From an uncultured Planctomycetales bacterium (lineage in GTDB: Bacteria > Omnitrophota > Gorgyraeia > Gygaellales > Profunditerraquicolaceae), in the NCBI GenBank assembly GCA_964354795.1, contig CAYHBB010000016.1, positions 4,084 to 68,083 of the forward strand: a DNA stretch of 64,000 nucleotides, in the 5' to 3' direction. The notes under the pieces are model-generated. The model was given only the letters and a program-made list of their open reading frames with translations, had not been told where the DNA came from and did no database searches. The translations under genes and the position numbers were made by a program. Positions 46,513-57,817 of this stretch are shown here, one piece after another (the stretch's first letter is position 1; every line of letters begins with the position of its first letter).

Positions 46513-47107
46513 TTTCCTGCGGCGCGGACGACGGCACGCTGACAAAATAAACAGTCCGCTCAAAATCATAAGTAAATTTTTTCTTCAACGATAGTTTTAC
46601 TTTAACCGCTGCCGGAAGTTTCTTGGCGAAACCCCAGGCAACGGCCTCCTTTAAAGCGCCATTATCTTCATATATATAGGAAAAAATCAGCTTATCTATA
46701 TCAGGGTCCATCTCATCTGCCTTAACCCGAGAAGAATCTTTCAGGCACTCCTGACCCCTGCGGCATAAGCGCATCAGCGTATTACCTTCTAGATAGTAGC
46801 TGACAAACGCCACATTGCGGACAAATTCCAGCAAACTGTAATCATCCACTAACGCCATAAAGCTGACCTTATCGGCGGTACCGCTGAACTTAGTATCGCC
46901 GGAAGAATAGGCGTAGCTGTTGCGAATATCGCGGTTAATACGCCCCAAAACCTGGCGCGCCTGCTGATAGGCCGAGACACGCTCATTGATATTTCGGTAA
47001 CCGAAAACTCCGGAGCTAAAGGCCGCATATAGCGCCACCATTACTACCGCGAATATGGATGAGGCGATCAAAAGCTCTACTAGAGTAAAAGACTTGGACT
47101 TTTTCAT
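46505..47107 (-). CDS. GspJ-like minor pseudopilin
   Basis: Prepilin N-terminus MKKSKSFTLVELLIASSIFAVVM (Ser at -1, Glu+5). Confidence 0.5.
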   Translation of the reverse strand: MKKSKSFTLVELLIASSIFAVVMVALYAAFSSGVFGYRNINERVSAYQQARQVLGRINRDIRNSYAYSSGDTKFSGTADKVSFMALVDDYSLLEFVRNVAFVSYYLEGNTLMRLCRRGQECLKDSSRVKADEMDPDIDKLIFSYIYEDNGALKEAVAWGFAKKLPAAVKVKLSLKKKFTYDFERTVYFVSVPSSAPQENE

Positions 47108-47478
47108 TTTCGAAAATACGTCTGGACGCCGAAGCTCTCCTGCCAAGATTTCGTCTTCCATTTCAGTTCCATATCCATTACGTACAGCCCGACTCCGGGG
47201 TCAAGCTTAAACGTGCGCTTCCAACTGAATTTATCCCGCGCCCCTTCGGACTCTTCGGGCTCATTTGAGATTATAGAATTCGCCTCTTTATATTCCAGCT
47301 CCTGCAGTTTGTCCTCAGCCAGAAATACCGCGCTGACCACATCGCAGGATAATCCCGCAGCCCTGGTACTGAACACTATAGCCTCCATGACCACCACAAT
47401 GCCCGCCGATAATATGGCGATGGCAATGATCATCTCCAGCAAAAATATACCTTTATTACTGTTCTTGAGATTTAACAC
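47104..47478 (-). CDS. GspI-like minor pseudopilin
   Basis: KGIFLLEMIIAIAILSAGIVVV prepilin N-terminus. Confidence 0.5.
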   Translation of the reverse strand: MLNLKNSNKGIFLLEMIIAIAILSAGIVVVMEAIVFSTRAAGLSCDVVSAVFLAEDKLQELEYKEANSIISNEPEESEGARDKFSWKRTFKLDPGVGLYVMDMELKWKTKSWQESFGVQTYFRK

Positions 47479-47899
47479 CTGCGAAAACTCCTTTTGTAGT
47501 AAGAGTAACGGAATGCCCTTCGGAAGAGGTGAGCTTTATGGTGCAGGGATCTATGCTGCCGTCAGGATAGAAGATTATCTGACTTTGGTCTGTTTCGATA
47601 GTTATAGAAGAGGGAATATTGTATGACCTTATCCGGATACTGCTGTCTTTAAACTTAGCCCAGTAAGCCTTGCCTTCGGGGTCTATATGAAGGTAAACGC
47701 TTGTCCCTTCGGCTACCGCGCGGCCATCCAGATAATTCATAAATGTCTGCAATTGACGGCAGCTGTCATCAAGCTGCAGACTGACAAAGGTCCTGCGCAA
47801 AGCAGGATATGACACTCCCGCCAAAATACCGATGATGATGATGACAAAAAGAAGCTCAAGCAGGCTAAACCCCGTTAGATGCTTACGCTTCTTACGCAT
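47456..47899 (-). CDS. GspH-like minor pseudopilin
   Basis: MRKKRKHLTGFSLLELLFVIIIIGILAGV. Confidence 0.55.
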   Translation of the reverse strand: MRKKRKHLTGFSLLELLFVIIIIGILAGVSYPALRRTFVSLQLDDSCRQLQTFMNYLDGRAVAEGTSVYLHIDPEGKAYWAKFKDSSIRIRSYNIPSSITIETDQSQIIFYPDGSIDPCTIKLTSSEGHSVTLTTKGVFAGVKSQEQ

Positions 47900-47927
47900 T
47901 AACGCCTCTAACGGGGCAAGTGAGCGC

Positions 47928-48326
47928 TTACCAGTTGCCGATGTCGTCATTATCCCCCTGCGTGCCGTTAGGCCCGGAAGAGTAAAGGTCATAGTCGGTA
48001 TTGTGAGTCCCGGGGCAGATATAGATATACTCCTTGCCCCACGGATCCTTGGAAGCTTTCTTTAAATACGGGCCTTTCCAGGTGTCAGGGTTAGAGCCCT
48101 TCTGCATCAGCTCATCAAGAGTAGCCGGATAATGGCCCATATGCATCTCAAACATATCCAGCCCTAATGCAATGTTCGAGTTGATATCGGCTTTAGCAGC
48201 GGAAATCCGCGCCTCTTCGGAGCGGCCCACAAGCCTGGGCATGACCATGGCCGCAAGCACGCCGATAATAATCACCACTAACATAAGCTCGATCAAAGTA
48301 AAAGCTTTTCTACGTGACTTGACCAT
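47928..48326 (-). CDS. gspG: major pseudopilin (GspG-like)
   Basis: MVKSRRKAFTLIELMLVVIIIGVLAAMVMPRL; note Ala rather than Gly at -1. Confidence 0.75.
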   Translation of the reverse strand: MVKSRRKAFTLIELMLVVIIIGVLAAMVMPRLVGRSEEARISAAKADINSNIALGLDMFEMHMGHYPATLDELMQKGSNPDTWKGPYLKKASKDPWGKEYIYICPGTHNTDYDLYSSGPNGTQGDNDDIGNW

Positions 48327-48334
48327 TCTTCCTC

Positions 48335-49543
48335 CTATCTTACAATCAGATTAATCTGAAATATCGGCAATAACATTGACAGGACAATAAAACAGACTAT
48401 CAGGCCCATCAGCAGTATTATAACCGGTTCGATCAAACGCGCAACTGTCTTTAAGTTGCGCTCGACCTCTGACTCGTAATCCTGGGCGACTCTGAAAAAC
48501 GCTTTTTCAAGCGAACCCGTCTCCTCCCCAACGGAGATGATGTTCACCGAAAACTGGGGGAAAAATTTCGAGCCCTTCATGGCCTGAGATAACATAGATC
48601 CTGAGGCTATAGCGCCTTTAAACTTTTCCGCCTCCTGGCGCAGAATATAGTTGGAAAATGTTGAATTCGCTACTTCCAACGCCGGGGTGATAGGCATTCC
48701 GCCGGCTACCAGCAAAGACAGCGTGCGCATAAACCTGCCGATCTCGGCCTTTACAATGATATTGCCCAATAGCGGCAGCTTAAGCCTGAAAGTGTCTAAA
48801 GCTATTCGCCCCTGCGGATTCTGCTTCATGCGCTGCAGAAAAAATATTATAAAGAAAATAACGACCGGAAAAACCCACCAGAAACTGCGCATTAAGCCTG
48901 ACACGGCGATCAGGATCTTGGTAGGCAGCGGCAACACCTGTCCCATATCGGAAAACATGCTCACTAGGCGGGGGATGACAAATGCAAGAAGCACGATTAT
49001 GGTCAAAACGCTTACCGAGAATATAAATGCCGGATAGATCATTGCCTGGCGCAAAGAGTCCCGGAACTCCTCCTCTTTCTCAAGGTAGCCACTTAAACGC
49101 CGCAAAGCCTCTTCGATATTCCCGCTTGCCTCTCCCGAGCGCACCATGGAAGTATAAAGCGCGGGGAAAACTTGCGGGTACATGGAAAGCCCGTCTGAAA
49201 AAGCCTTGCCACCCTTGACCTGATCGGCGACATCCAATAATACCGCCTTAAGATACTTGTTCGGCAGCTGCTCGATAACGATGCCAATGGCTTTTAAGAT
49301 GTGTACGCCGGAGCCGACAAGCGCGGACAGCTGCGTAGTGCACAGGACCAGCTCTGAAGTCTTGAATTTTGAGAAAGCCCAGCCGCTTTTTTTATCCAGC
49401 GGGCTTTCTTTGGGATGGACAGAAACGGGGAAATATCCCAAGCCGGTGATCTTCGAAATGGCGTCCTGAGCGGAATCCGCCTCAATATCTCCCCGGATGG
49501 TTTTGGATGGATCAGTCTTGGCTGTATAGGCGTATCGCGTCAT
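48335..49543 (-). CDS. gspF: type II secretion / type IV pilus inner-membrane platform protein (GspF/PilC)
   Basis: 402 aa, duplicated cytoplasmic domain + 3 TM pattern of the GspF family. Confidence 0.8.
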   Translation of the reverse strand: MTRYAYTAKTDPSKTIRGDIEADSAQDAISKITGLGYFPVSVHPKESPLDKKSGWAFSKFKTSELVLCTTQLSALVGSGVHILKAIGIVIEQLPNKYLKAVLLDVADQVKGGKAFSDGLSMYPQVFPALYTSMVRSGEASGNIEEALRRLSGYLEKEEEFRDSLRQAMIYPAFIFSVSVLTIIVLLAFVIPRLVSMFSDMGQVLPLPTKILIAVSGLMRSFWWVFPVVIFFIIFFLQRMKQNPQGRIALDTFRLKLPLLGNIIVKAEIGRFMRTLSLLVAGGMPITPALEVANSTFSNYILRQEAEKFKGAIASGSMLSQAMKGSKFFPQFSVNIISVGEETGSLEKAFFRVAQDYESEVERNLKTVARLIEPVIILLMGLIVCFIVLSMLLPIFQINLIVR

Positions 49544-51261
49544 CAGTCCTCGGACAGCTCTTCCTGTTGCGTCACGCGCACCACTTCAGAAAACGTAGTC
49601 AGCCCGGCCAGCACCTTGCGTAAGCCATCCTGGCGCAGGGTGCGCATCCCCTCAGAGATCGCCTGACGCTTGATCTGCTGGCTGGAGGAACGGCTTAAGA
49701 TCAGTTCTCGGATCTTCTCGCTCATCAGGATGATTTCATGGATCCCGGTCCTGCCGCGATAGCCGGTGAACCTACACTCCTGGCAACCCTTACCTTCATA
49801 TATCTGAGTGGTCTTGATATCGAAATCTATATCCTTATGCATCTGGGCCAGGAACTCTTCCCCGGCCTTTACCACGGTTTTGCATTTAAGGCAGATCAGC
49901 CTGACTAGCCTTTGCGCGATAAGGCATTCCAGCGATGAGGAAACCAAAAACGGCTCTACCCCCATATCCAGCAAGCGGGTCACTGCTCCCGCCGCATCAT
50001 TGGTGTGCAGGGTCGAGAATACCAAGTGGCCCGTAAGAGAGGACCTGATGGCTATCTCCGCAGTCTCATAGTCGCGTACCTCTCCCACCATGATCACGTC
50101 CGGGTCATGCCTAAGCATGTGCCTGAGCGCCGTGGCGAAGTTAAACCCTATCTGCGCGTTTACCTGTATCTGGTTTACCCCGCGCAGCTGATATTCAACA
50201 GGATCTTCGATAGTGATGATCTTTACCGCGTTTGAATTGATACGGGCCAATGCCGCATACAGCGTTGTAGACTTTCCGGAGCCGGTAGGCCCGGTTACGA
50301 AAATAACCCCATGCGGCCGGGTGATAACGCCCTCAATAATCTTAAGCTCATCCGCAACAAGCCCGATCTTCTCAAGCTCTAAAAACGACCCCTGACTCAA
50401 CACCCTTATCTGCACCGCCTCCCCAAAAACGGTGGGGATCACCGACACGCGCAGGTCCAGCTCATAATCCACGACCTTGATCTTTATGCGCCCGTCCTGC
50501 GGAAGCCTGCGCTCGGCGATATTCATGCCGGCCATGATCTTTATGCGCGAGACGATCGCGGGATGAAAATATTTTATTGTTTCCGGGATATGAATATCAT
50601 AAAGAATACCATCGATCCTGAAACGCACGCGCAGCTCATCCTGAAACGGCTCCAGATGCAAGTCAGTAGCCCTGTCCTTGATCGCCTCCTGCAAAATCTG
50701 ATTTACGAACTTTATGATAGAGGCGTCTTCCGCCATACCCTCCAGATCCTCGACCTTTCCGGCTACCGAAACTAAAGACTCCTGCGCCGGCTTCTCGGCG
50801 ATCATACGCTCCAGGGTCTCCGCACCCACGCCGTAATACTTGCGTATCGCCTCCTGAATACCGATCTCGCTTGCCAATACCCCCTTCACCTCAATACCCA
50901 AAAGCAGGCGAAGATCATCCAGAGTCCGGATATCCAGCGGGTCTGTCATAGCAATGACCAAAACGTTGTCCTTGAAATCAACGGGAATGATCTTGTAGTG
51001 GCTGGCGAACTTTGCGGGGACTTTCTGGATTATCAAACTATCAATATCAGTATCCTTAAGTTTTATATAAGGAATCTCCAGTTTGCGGGCAAGGACGGTT
51101 AAAGCCTTTTCTTCGCTGATAAACCCAAGCTTTATCAACGCCTGGCAGACAAAACTTCCGGTCTTTTTCTGCTCTTTTAGTCCGGCCTCTAGCTGCTCAG
51201 AGGTGATCAATCCCTCCTCAACCAGCAGCTGCCCGATCAGCAAACTATCTCTCACCGACAT
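49543..51261 (-). CDS. gspE: type II secretion / type IV pilus assembly ATPase (GspE/PilB)
   Basis: Walker A GPTGSGKST, N-terminal T2SSE_N-like domain, tetracysteine CLKCK...CQEC. Confidence 0.85.
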   Translation of the reverse strand: MSVRDSLLIGQLLVEEGLITSEQLEAGLKEQKKTGSFVCQALIKLGFISEEKALTVLARKLEIPYIKLKDTDIDSLIIQKVPAKFASHYKIIPVDFKDNVLVIAMTDPLDIRTLDDLRLLLGIEVKGVLASEIGIQEAIRKYYGVGAETLERMIAEKPAQESLVSVAGKVEDLEGMAEDASIIKFVNQILQEAIKDRATDLHLEPFQDELRVRFRIDGILYDIHIPETIKYFHPAIVSRIKIMAGMNIAERRLPQDGRIKIKVVDYELDLRVSVIPTVFGEAVQIRVLSQGSFLELEKIGLVADELKIIEGVITRPHGVIFVTGPTGSGKSTTLYAALARINSNAVKIITIEDPVEYQLRGVNQIQVNAQIGFNFATALRHMLRHDPDVIMVGEVRDYETAEIAIRSSLTGHLVFSTLHTNDAAGAVTRLLDMGVEPFLVSSSLECLIAQRLVRLICLKCKTVVKAGEEFLAQMHKDIDFDIKTTQIYEGKGCQECRFTGYRGRTGIHEIILMSEKIRELILSRSSSQQIKRQAISEGMRTLRQDGLRKVLAGLTTFSEVVRVTQQEELSED

Positions 51262-51283
51262 CCTTGACTCCTTGCGCAGAAAG

Positions 51284-51385
51284 CTGCACCCCAGCTAAAA
51301 GGTATGCTGGGTGCGTCCTTTTTAGGACGCACACTGGCCTATCCTATAAGGCCAAGTGCCTTCATAAAGTGCGGCTACCTGTGCC
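51284..51385. repeat. REP-like hairpin cluster
   Basis: GCACCCCAGC..GCTGGGTGC, GCGTCC-TTTTTA-GGACGC, CTGGCC-TATCCTATAA-GGCCAAG. Confidence 0.45.
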
Positions 51386-51715
51386 TATACGCAACATCTC
51401 CATCAGCCTGTACCACAGATCCATGAAAAACGAGCTGAAATCCTTAAAATAATTATCAAATCCCTGAGGCAAACCGGGGAAATTCGGCAAATGAGGAACA
51501 TTGGTGAACACCTTAAAAATAACAAACTTAAGTGCCAGAAAGCTAAGAATAGAAAACAATATCGTCAGTATGACCATGCCGGCGATAACCGAAAGACAGC
51601 CGATAAGGCAGCCCTTCCACGCCGCAAGTTTAATCTTACGAAGATCTGCCTGGCAGAAACGGCATTTTACAGCTTCATCCTGGATCTCTTCCGCGCAATA
51701 CGGACATTTTTTCAT
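51362..51715 (-). CDS. zinc-ribbon + TM small protein, hypothetical
   Basis: [19 protein letters not shown] followed by two hydrophobic helices. Confidence 0.4.
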   Translation of the reverse strand: MKKCPYCAEEIQDEAVKCRFCQADLRKIKLAAWKGCLIGCLSVIAGMVILTILFSILSFLALKFVIFKVFTNVPHLPNFPGLPQGFDNYFKDFSSFFMDLWYRLMEMLRIGTGSRTL

Positions 51716-51720
51716 ATTCC

Positions 51721-52338
51721 TTACCTGCCTTTCGCCGTTTTTATGAACTGCCTCACTAAAACGTGATCTTTCTTCCCCGGGATCAATTCGATCGAACTAC
51801 ACACATCCACCCAGCTTGGTTTAGCTGTCTGAATAGCTTTTCTTACGTTATCCGTAGTCAAGCCGCCTGACAAAAATACCGGAATCTTTATCTCCCTTAA
51901 ATGCCTGATGAGTTTCCAGTCGAAATTTTTCCCTGTGCCGCCAATCCTGGATTTCACATAAGTATCAAAGAGATAAGCAAAAGACTTATACCGCAATATA
52001 TCAGCCACATCCAGCTTATCTTTGACCCGAAAAACTTTGATGAACTTGTAATTTTTGAACTTCTTGCAGTATTCGGGAGATTCTGTCCCGTGAAACTGCA
52101 GCATATCCAAACGGCACATACGGGCAATACGCTTAACCGCCTGTTCTTTGGCATTGACAAAAACACCGATCTTAATAATGCGCGGCGGGACCTGCTTGAC
52201 TATGCTACTGACCTTCTTAGGAGAAACATAGCGCGGGCTCTTTTTATAAAAAGCAAACCCCAGAGCATCGCAACCAGCTTTTACCGAAGCAAGGGCATCT
52301 TTTAGATTAGTTATCCCGCATATCTTTACTTTCACCAC
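51721..52338 (-). CDS. trpF: phosphoribosylanthranilate isomerase
   Basis: [30 protein letters not shown]. Confidence 0.8.
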   Translation of the reverse strand: MVKVKICGITNLKDALASVKAGCDALGFAFYKKSPRYVSPKKVSSIVKQVPPRIIKIGVFVNAKEQAVKRIARMCRLDMLQFHGTESPEYCKKFKNYKFIKVFRVKDKLDVADILRYKSFAYLFDTYVKSRIGGTGKNFDWKLIRHLREIKIPVFLSGGLTTDNVRKAIQTAKPSWVDVCSSIELIPGKKDHVLVRQFIKTAKGR

Positions 52339-53135
52339 CCCATGACCTCTTCGACTTTAGCCCTGATATTCTCCGATTCCATAAAAACACTGCCTATAAG
52401 CACAGCGCTCACTCCAAGAATCTTCAGGAAACTCACATCCTGACGGCAAGTCAATCCGCTCTCAACAACTACAGGCTTTCCCTTGGGGATCAGGGTATAA
52501 AGTCTCTCAGTGGTCTTAGGATCGACTTCCAGCGTATGCAAGTCGCGGTTATTGATCCCGATAAGCTGGACTTCTTTAAGCTTAAGAACTTTCTTTAACT
52601 CCTTTTCCGTATGCACTTCTACCAGGCAATCCATCCCCAGCCCAGTTGCGACCTGGATCAGCCCAGAGATTGTTTCCTGAGTAAGTATGTCGGCAATGAG
52701 TAAAATAGCGTCCGCCCCGAAACAGCGTGACTCATACACCTGATACGGCTCAAGGATAAAATCTTTTCTTAAAATCGGCATAGTGGTAACGCTTTTTACG
52801 TCATCAAGAAAAGAGACATTCCCCTGAAAATAATCTTCTTCAGTCAAGACAGATATCGCCTGGACTCCGGCATCCTGGTAAATCTTTGCGATATCGATAT
52901 GATTGAAGCTCTCCCGGATCACGCCATGCGTAGGCGAGGCTTTCTTGATTTCAGCGATAAGCGAGATCTGGCGCTCCTTGGTGATAGCCTTGATAAACGG
53001 CCGCGTCGGAGCCAAGCCCTGCGCCTTAGCCTTTAATTCCTCCTCGGGCAGCTGGACCTTAGCGAAAACCAGCCTTTCTTTTTTCTTGGCTACTATTTCC
53101 TTAAGCATGTCGTTTTTACTCATCGTCGTGAACAC
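52332..53135 (-). CDS. trpC: indole-3-glycerol phosphate synthase
   Basis: IAEIKKASPTHGVIR..., ILRKDF..., LVEVH. Confidence 0.85.
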   Translation of the reverse strand: MFTTMSKNDMLKEIVAKKKERLVFAKVQLPEEELKAKAQGLAPTRPFIKAITKERQISLIAEIKKASPTHGVIRESFNHIDIAKIYQDAGVQAISVLTEEDYFQGNVSFLDDVKSVTTMPILRKDFILEPYQVYESRCFGADAILLIADILTQETISGLIQVATGLGMDCLVEVHTEKELKKVLKLKEVQLIGINNRDLHTLEVDPKTTERLYTLIPKGKPVVVESGLTCRQDVSFLKILGVSAVLIGSVFMESENIRAKVEEVMGW

Positions 53136-54130
53136 TCCCTTAGCTGCTCCAGCTTTTCCAGGGCTTTACCTGAATCAACGGCTTCGGCCGCAAGCTTCAC
53201 CCCTTCTTTTATGGACTTAGCCTTGTCCGCGACATATATGGCTGCCCCGGCGTTTAAAACCACGATATCGCGCTTTGGCCCGGGCTTTCCCTCGAGAATA
53301 TCTAGGAGTATCTCGGCATTTTCGTGGGCATTGCCTCCGGCCAAATTCTTAAGCCTCGCCCTCTTGATCCCGAAATCCTCAGGATAAATCATTCTGGTTG
53401 AGACCTTGCCATTACGGACTTCTGCCACATGCGTGCCTGCGGTAGTAGTGATCTCATCAAGGCCGTCCTCTCCGTGCACCACAAGCGCGTGCTTTGAACC
53501 AAGATCATTTAAAACGTTAGCTAATACCTTTACCCAATGCCGCTCATATACTCCCACCAGCTGATGCGTGGCCCCAGCAGGATTACTCAAAGGCCCGAGG
53601 ATGTTAAAAATAGTACGGTGTCCTATAGCCTTACGCGCGGGCATGGCGTATTTCATCGCCGGGTGCAAGCTCTGAGCAAATAAAAAAGCGATGCCTACCT
53701 CATTCAGGCACCGCTCTATTCTTTCTTTATCGCCATTGATCTCTATAGCCAGAGCTTCCAGTATATCCGCGCTTCCGCAAAGGCTGGATATGGAGCGGTT
53801 CCCGTGCTTGGCCACCGCTACTCCCGCTCCCGCAGCCACGAAGCCAGCGGCTGTGGAAATATTGAATGTCCCCTTTGTATCACCTCCTGTGCCGCAGGTA
53901 TCCAGGATTGTCTTATGCTTCGGCCTTATCTTGATGGCGTGCCTACGCATTACCCTAACGGCAGCTACCACCTCTCTAACTGTCTCGCCTTTCTTAGAAA
54001 GCGTGGCCAGGAACGCCACGATGCTTGCCATATCCGCTTTACCGGTGAGGATCTCCTCCATGGCTAAACGCATCTGCGGTCCGGTAAGATCAACTTTCTT
54101 CGAAAGTATCGCCGTTACTTTCTTGATCAC
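53120..54130 (-). CDS. trpD: anthranilate phosphoribosyltransferase
   Basis: [21 protein letters not shown] and KHGNRS motifs. Confidence 0.85.
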   Translation of the reverse strand: MIKKVTAILSKKVDLTGPQMRLAMEEILTGKADMASIVAFLATLSKKGETVREVVAAVRVMRRHAIKIRPKHKTILDTCGTGGDTKGTFNISTAAGFVAAGAGVAVAKHGNRSISSLCGSADILEALAIEINGDKERIERCLNEVGIAFLFAQSLHPAMKYAMPARKAIGHRTIFNILGPLSNPAGATHQLVGVYERHWVKVLANVLNDLGSKHALVVHGEDGLDEITTTAGTHVAEVRNGKVSTRMIYPEDFGIKRARLKNLAGGNAHENAEILLDILEGKPGPKRDIVVLNAGAAIYVADKAKSIKEGVKLAAEAVDSGKALEKLEQLRECSRR

Positions 54131-54690
54131 CGTTTTACGAAGTTTTCCAATAGATCCATCCCGGATTTAGTCAGGACAGACTCTGGATGAAACTGCACCC
54201 CCCACACCGGATACTTTCTGTGTTTTAAGCCCATGATCTCTCCCTCCTTGGTCCAGGCAATTATCTCAAGACACGGGGGAAGGCTCTTCTTCTGGACCAC
54301 CAACGAGTGATACCGGGTCGCTTCGAAAGGAAGAGGCAGGCCCTTAAAAATTTCTTTTTTATTATGGTATATTTTTGAGGTTTTTCCGTGCATCAGCTCT
54401 TTAGCGTGTACGATCTTTGCGCCAAACACAAACCCGATAGACTGGTGACCGAGGCAGACTCCCAGTATCGGAACTTTCCCGGCAAAAGACCTGATTACCT
54501 CACAGGATATCCCGGCACCCTCAGGCCTGCCCGGACCCGGGGAAATGACGATCTTACGGGGTTTGAGCTTTCTGATCGCCTCAACCGTGATCTTATCGTT
54601 ACGATACACCTTTATCTCCTGTCCCAGAGAACTTAAATACTGGACCAGGTTATAGGTGAAGGAGTCATAGTTGTCTATCATGAGAATCAT
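54127..54690 (-). CDS. trpG: anthranilate synthase component II (glutamine amidotransferase; could also be PabA)
   Basis: GVCLGHQ catalytic Cys motif, about 187 aa, adjacent to trpD. Confidence 0.75.
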   Translation of the reverse strand: MILMIDNYDSFTYNLVQYLSSLGQEIKVYRNDKITVEAIRKLKPRKIVISPGPGRPEGAGISCEVIRSFAGKVPILGVCLGHQSIGFVFGAKIVHAKELMHGKTSKIYHNKKEIFKGLPLPFEATRYHSLVVQKKSLPPCLEIIAWTKEGEIMGLKHRKYPVWGVQFHPESVLTKSGMDLLENFVKR

Positions 54691-55955
54691 TCTTTCTCTC
54701 TCCAGATCTTAGCGCCCAACTTCTGCAACTTCTCTTCGATATTTTCGTACCCGCGCTCTAGGTGATATATCCTTGAAATCTGGGTTTTACCTCTGGCAGC
54801 CAAGCCGGCTAACACCAGGCCGGCGGATGCGCGCAAATCAGATGCCATTACCGGAGCTCCGGACAACTCCTTGATCCCCTCGACTATGGCGTGCGGCCCC
54901 TCTCTTTGAATATGCGCGCCCATACGGTTAAGCTCAGCCACGTGCATGAACCGATCAGGGTAGATCTTCTCGGTGATCACGCTGATCCCGGGGGTAACGC
55001 TCATCAGGCTCATCATCTGCGCTTGCATATCCGTGGGAAAGCCCGGATAGGGAAGTGTCGTAATATTCACGGCATTAAGCGGCTTCTGATAACGCACATG
55101 AAGAGAACCCTCGGTTCGCGTGAACTGCGCCCCGGCATCTTCCAATTTATCGATCACAGCACCCAAGTGGCGGTAATGACAATTCTTTATTACAATGTCC
55201 CCTTTAGTGATCAAAGCAGCTAAAATCAACGTCCCCGCCTCGATCCTATCGGCGATCGCGGTATGCGTTGCTCCGTGCAGATGACGCACTCCATCAATCT
55301 CAACGATTGGAGTGCCGTGCCCTTTGATCTTAGCACCCATCTTGATCAGGAACTCAGCAAGGTCCACCACTTCCGGCTCGCAGGCTGCTGACTCGATCAC
55401 TGTCTTTCCGTGAGCTAAGACCGCGGCCATCATCACGTTATCAGTAGCTAAAACCGATGAGCCGTAAGCTCCGCCCAGATACATGTGAGCGCCGATGAGC
55501 TTACTGGCCTTGGCGATCACGTATCCGCCTTCGACCTCAAGATCGGCTCCTAATAATTTTATCCCTTTTAAATGCAGGTCAACCGGCCGGGTCCCAATAG
55601 CGCATCCTCCGGGTAAAGATACGCGCGCTTTCTTTAATTTACCCAACAGCGGCCCTAAGACGCAAAATGACGCGCGCATAGTAGAGACGATTTTGTAATC
55701 GGCGATGTAATTCGCGGTCTTTCCGGCGGTAACTATAGCCACTCCCTTATCCACTTCCACGTTCTTGCCCAGTGAACGCAAAAGCTTAAACATGGTGGAG
55801 GTATCGCGTAAATCCGGAATGCCCTTGATAATACAAGCGTCATCGGTCAATAATGTGGCGGCGAGTATTGGCAGGGCCGAATTCTTAGCTCCCGAAACCG
55901 TCACCTCACCCCTTAGCTTTACTCCACCCTCGATCACTAACTTATCCATTTGCAC
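54687..55955 (-). CDS. murA: UDP-N-acetylglucosamine 1-carboxyvinyltransferase
   Basis: [33 protein letters not shown]; catalytic Cys region PGGCAIG. Confidence 0.9.
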   Translation of the reverse strand: MQMDKLVIEGGVKLRGEVTVSGAKNSALPILAATLLTDDACIIKGIPDLRDTSTMFKLLRSLGKNVEVDKGVAIVTAGKTANYIADYKIVSTMRASFCVLGPLLGKLKKARVSLPGGCAIGTRPVDLHLKGIKLLGADLEVEGGYVIAKASKLIGAHMYLGGAYGSSVLATDNVMMAAVLAHGKTVIESAACEPEVVDLAEFLIKMGAKIKGHGTPIVEIDGVRHLHGATHTAIADRIEAGTLILAALITKGDIVIKNCHYRHLGAVIDKLEDAGAQFTRTEGSLHVRYQKPLNAVNITTLPYPGFPTDMQAQMMSLMSVTPGISVITEKIYPDRFMHVAELNRMGAHIQREGPHAIVEGIKELSGAPVMASDLRASAGLVLAGLAARGKTQISRIYHLERGYENIEEKLQKLGAKIWREKE

Positions 55956-56745
55956 CTATCCTTTTAGCTACAATGACCCGTTCGATTAAATTGAAATCCG
56001 TGACTACATGTATTATCTCAAAATCCCGCGCGGTTGCAAAAAGATTTCTTATCGGCTCAAGTTGTCCAAAACCTATCTCTAATATAAGCAATCCGTCCCT
56101 TGCCATGTAATGCGGCGACTCCTGGATTATGCGCCGAAAAAAAAGTAAACCATCTTCACCTGCGTCAAGGGCGATGCGCGGCTCATGCCGCACCTCTGGC
56201 TGCAGGGAATCGATCGCTGAATTTGCGACGTAAGGCGGATTGCTGATGATCACGTCATACGCCCGGTTGCATAAATAAAACATGTCGCTTTGAATAAAAT
56301 TTATCCTGCCGCTGACCTTATTTACAAAAGCGTTTTCCCGGGCTACACTTAACGCGTCAGGCGATATATCTATCGCGGTAAGAGAAATATTCTTAGCCAA
56401 TAGCGCTAATGTTACAGCGATGCAACCGGAGCCGGTTCCCAGCTCCAGGATCTCAAGGGGCAAATCTTTTTCAATCTGCGCCTTGGTGATATAGCCAAGC
56501 GCTGCCTCTACCAATAGCTCTGTCTCAGGGCGCGGGATAAGCACGCGGGGATCCACCTTGAATTCCCGGCCCATAAAATGAGCTTTACCCAAAATATACT
56601 GAAGAGGCTCTCCCCCGGACCTACGCTTTAGGACCGAGGCAACAAACTTGGCTTTTTCTTTATCCAGAGCTTTATCGCGGTTCTGATAGAGAGTAAGTCT
56701 ATCGCAATTTAAAAGTTCGGTAAATAATAATTCCGCTTCATCCAT
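55942..56745 (-). CDS. prmC: release-factor glutamine N5-methyltransferase
   Basis: IISNPPYV (NPPY), SAM-binding [11 protein letters not shown]. Confidence 0.8.
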   Translation of the reverse strand: MDEAELLFTELLNCDRLTLYQNRDKALDKEKAKFVASVLKRRSGGEPLQYILGKAHFMGREFKVDPRVLIPRPETELLVEAALGYITKAQIEKDLPLEILELGTGSGCIAVTLALLAKNISLTAIDISPDALSVARENAFVNKVSGRINFIQSDMFYLCNRAYDVIISNPPYVANSAIDSLQPEVRHEPRIALDAGEDGLLFFRRIIQESPHYMARDGLLILEIGFGQLEPIRNLFATARDFEIIHVVTDFNLIERVIVAKRIGANG

Positions 56746-57811
56746 TTCGCTTGGCTTCCTGCTTCTTTTCTTCCGCTGCCTTGATCAGAGCGTCAGAGAG
56801 CTCTTCCAGCTTGCCCTCAAGCATCCCTTCCAGCTGGTGCGAGGTAAAATTTATCCGGTGGTCAGTGACCCTGCGGTCGGGGAAATTATAAGTACGGATC
56901 TTTTCGCTGCGGTCTCCAGTGCCGATCTGGCCCTTGCGCTCAGCGGAGACCTTCTTTGCCTCAGCTTCTATCTTCATATCCAGAATCTTGGCGCGCAGGA
57001 TCCTCAAAGCCTTGGTCTTATTTTTAAGCTGCGAGCGCTCGTCCTGGCAGGCTACCACAGCTCCCGTAGGAATGTGAGTAATGCGCACCGCGGAATCCGT
57101 TTTTTGCATATGCTGCCCGCCCGGGCCGCTTGAACGGTAAGTGTCTATTCGTAGGTCCGACGGCAGGATCACAAGGTCTACTTCTTCGGGCTCCACAAAC
57201 ACCGCGACAGTCGCGGTTGAGGTGTGGATCCTGCCCTGGGACTCGGTCTCAGGCACGCGCTGCACCCGGTGCACTCCGCTTTCATAGCGCAGCCTTTTAA
57301 AGGCGTCCTTGCCCTTGACGCTGAAAGACACTTCCTTTAAGCCGCCTGACTCATTGCTGCTTGAAGACATCACTTCCACTGTCCAACCCTTGCTGTCCGC
57401 GTACATCTTGTACATGCGGTAAAGGTCAGCGGCAAAAAGACCTGCCTCGTCTCCACCGGTGCCCTGGCGGATCTCGACGATGATATCGCGTCCGGCGAAC
57501 TCATCCTCTTCAGCGAGCTCTTCCTTGATCTTCGCCTCGACATCGGCGACTTTATTTTTCAGCTCCTCAAGCTCAAGTTTCGCCATATCCACGAAATCCC
57601 GGTCATGCTTTTCCTTAAGCACCGTCTCAAGGTCCCGCATCTCTTTAGCCAAGCGTTTATGCTCGCGGTACAAACCCACCGGCTCACGCAAAGACGCCAG
57701 CTCCTTGGCCAGCTTGCTAGACTTCTCCCGGTCAGTAGCTACTTCGCAAGAAGCAAGCAACTGCTCCAGCTCTTCGTAACGAGCGACTAATTTTTGTAAT
57801 TGATCTAACAT
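56738..57811 (-). CDS. prfA: peptide chain release factor 1
   Basis: [11 protein letters not shown] (GGQ), [17 protein letters not shown] (RF1 P-x-T region, here PET). Confidence 0.9.
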   Translation of the reverse strand: MLDQLQKLVARYEELEQLLASCEVATDREKSSKLAKELASLREPVGLYREHKRLAKEMRDLETVLKEKHDRDFVDMAKLELEELKNKVADVEAKIKEELAEEDEFAGRDIIVEIRQGTGGDEAGLFAADLYRMYKMYADSKGWTVEVMSSSSNESGGLKEVSFSVKGKDAFKRLRYESGVHRVQRVPETESQGRIHTSTATVAVFVEPEEVDLVILPSDLRIDTYRSSGPGGQHMQKTDSAVRITHIPTGAVVACQDERSQLKNKTKALRILRAKILDMKIEAEAKKVSAERKGQIGTGDRSEKIRTYNFPDRRVTDHRINFTSHQLEGMLEGKLEELSDALIKAAEEKKQEAKRNG

Positions 57812-57817
57812 TTAATG

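Noticed and set aside
54127-54690. Calling the amidotransferase specifically trpG
   Set aside because: Kept as trpG because of adjacency to trpD, but pabA or a bifunctional enzyme is equally possible; noted in the feature call rather than as a finding.
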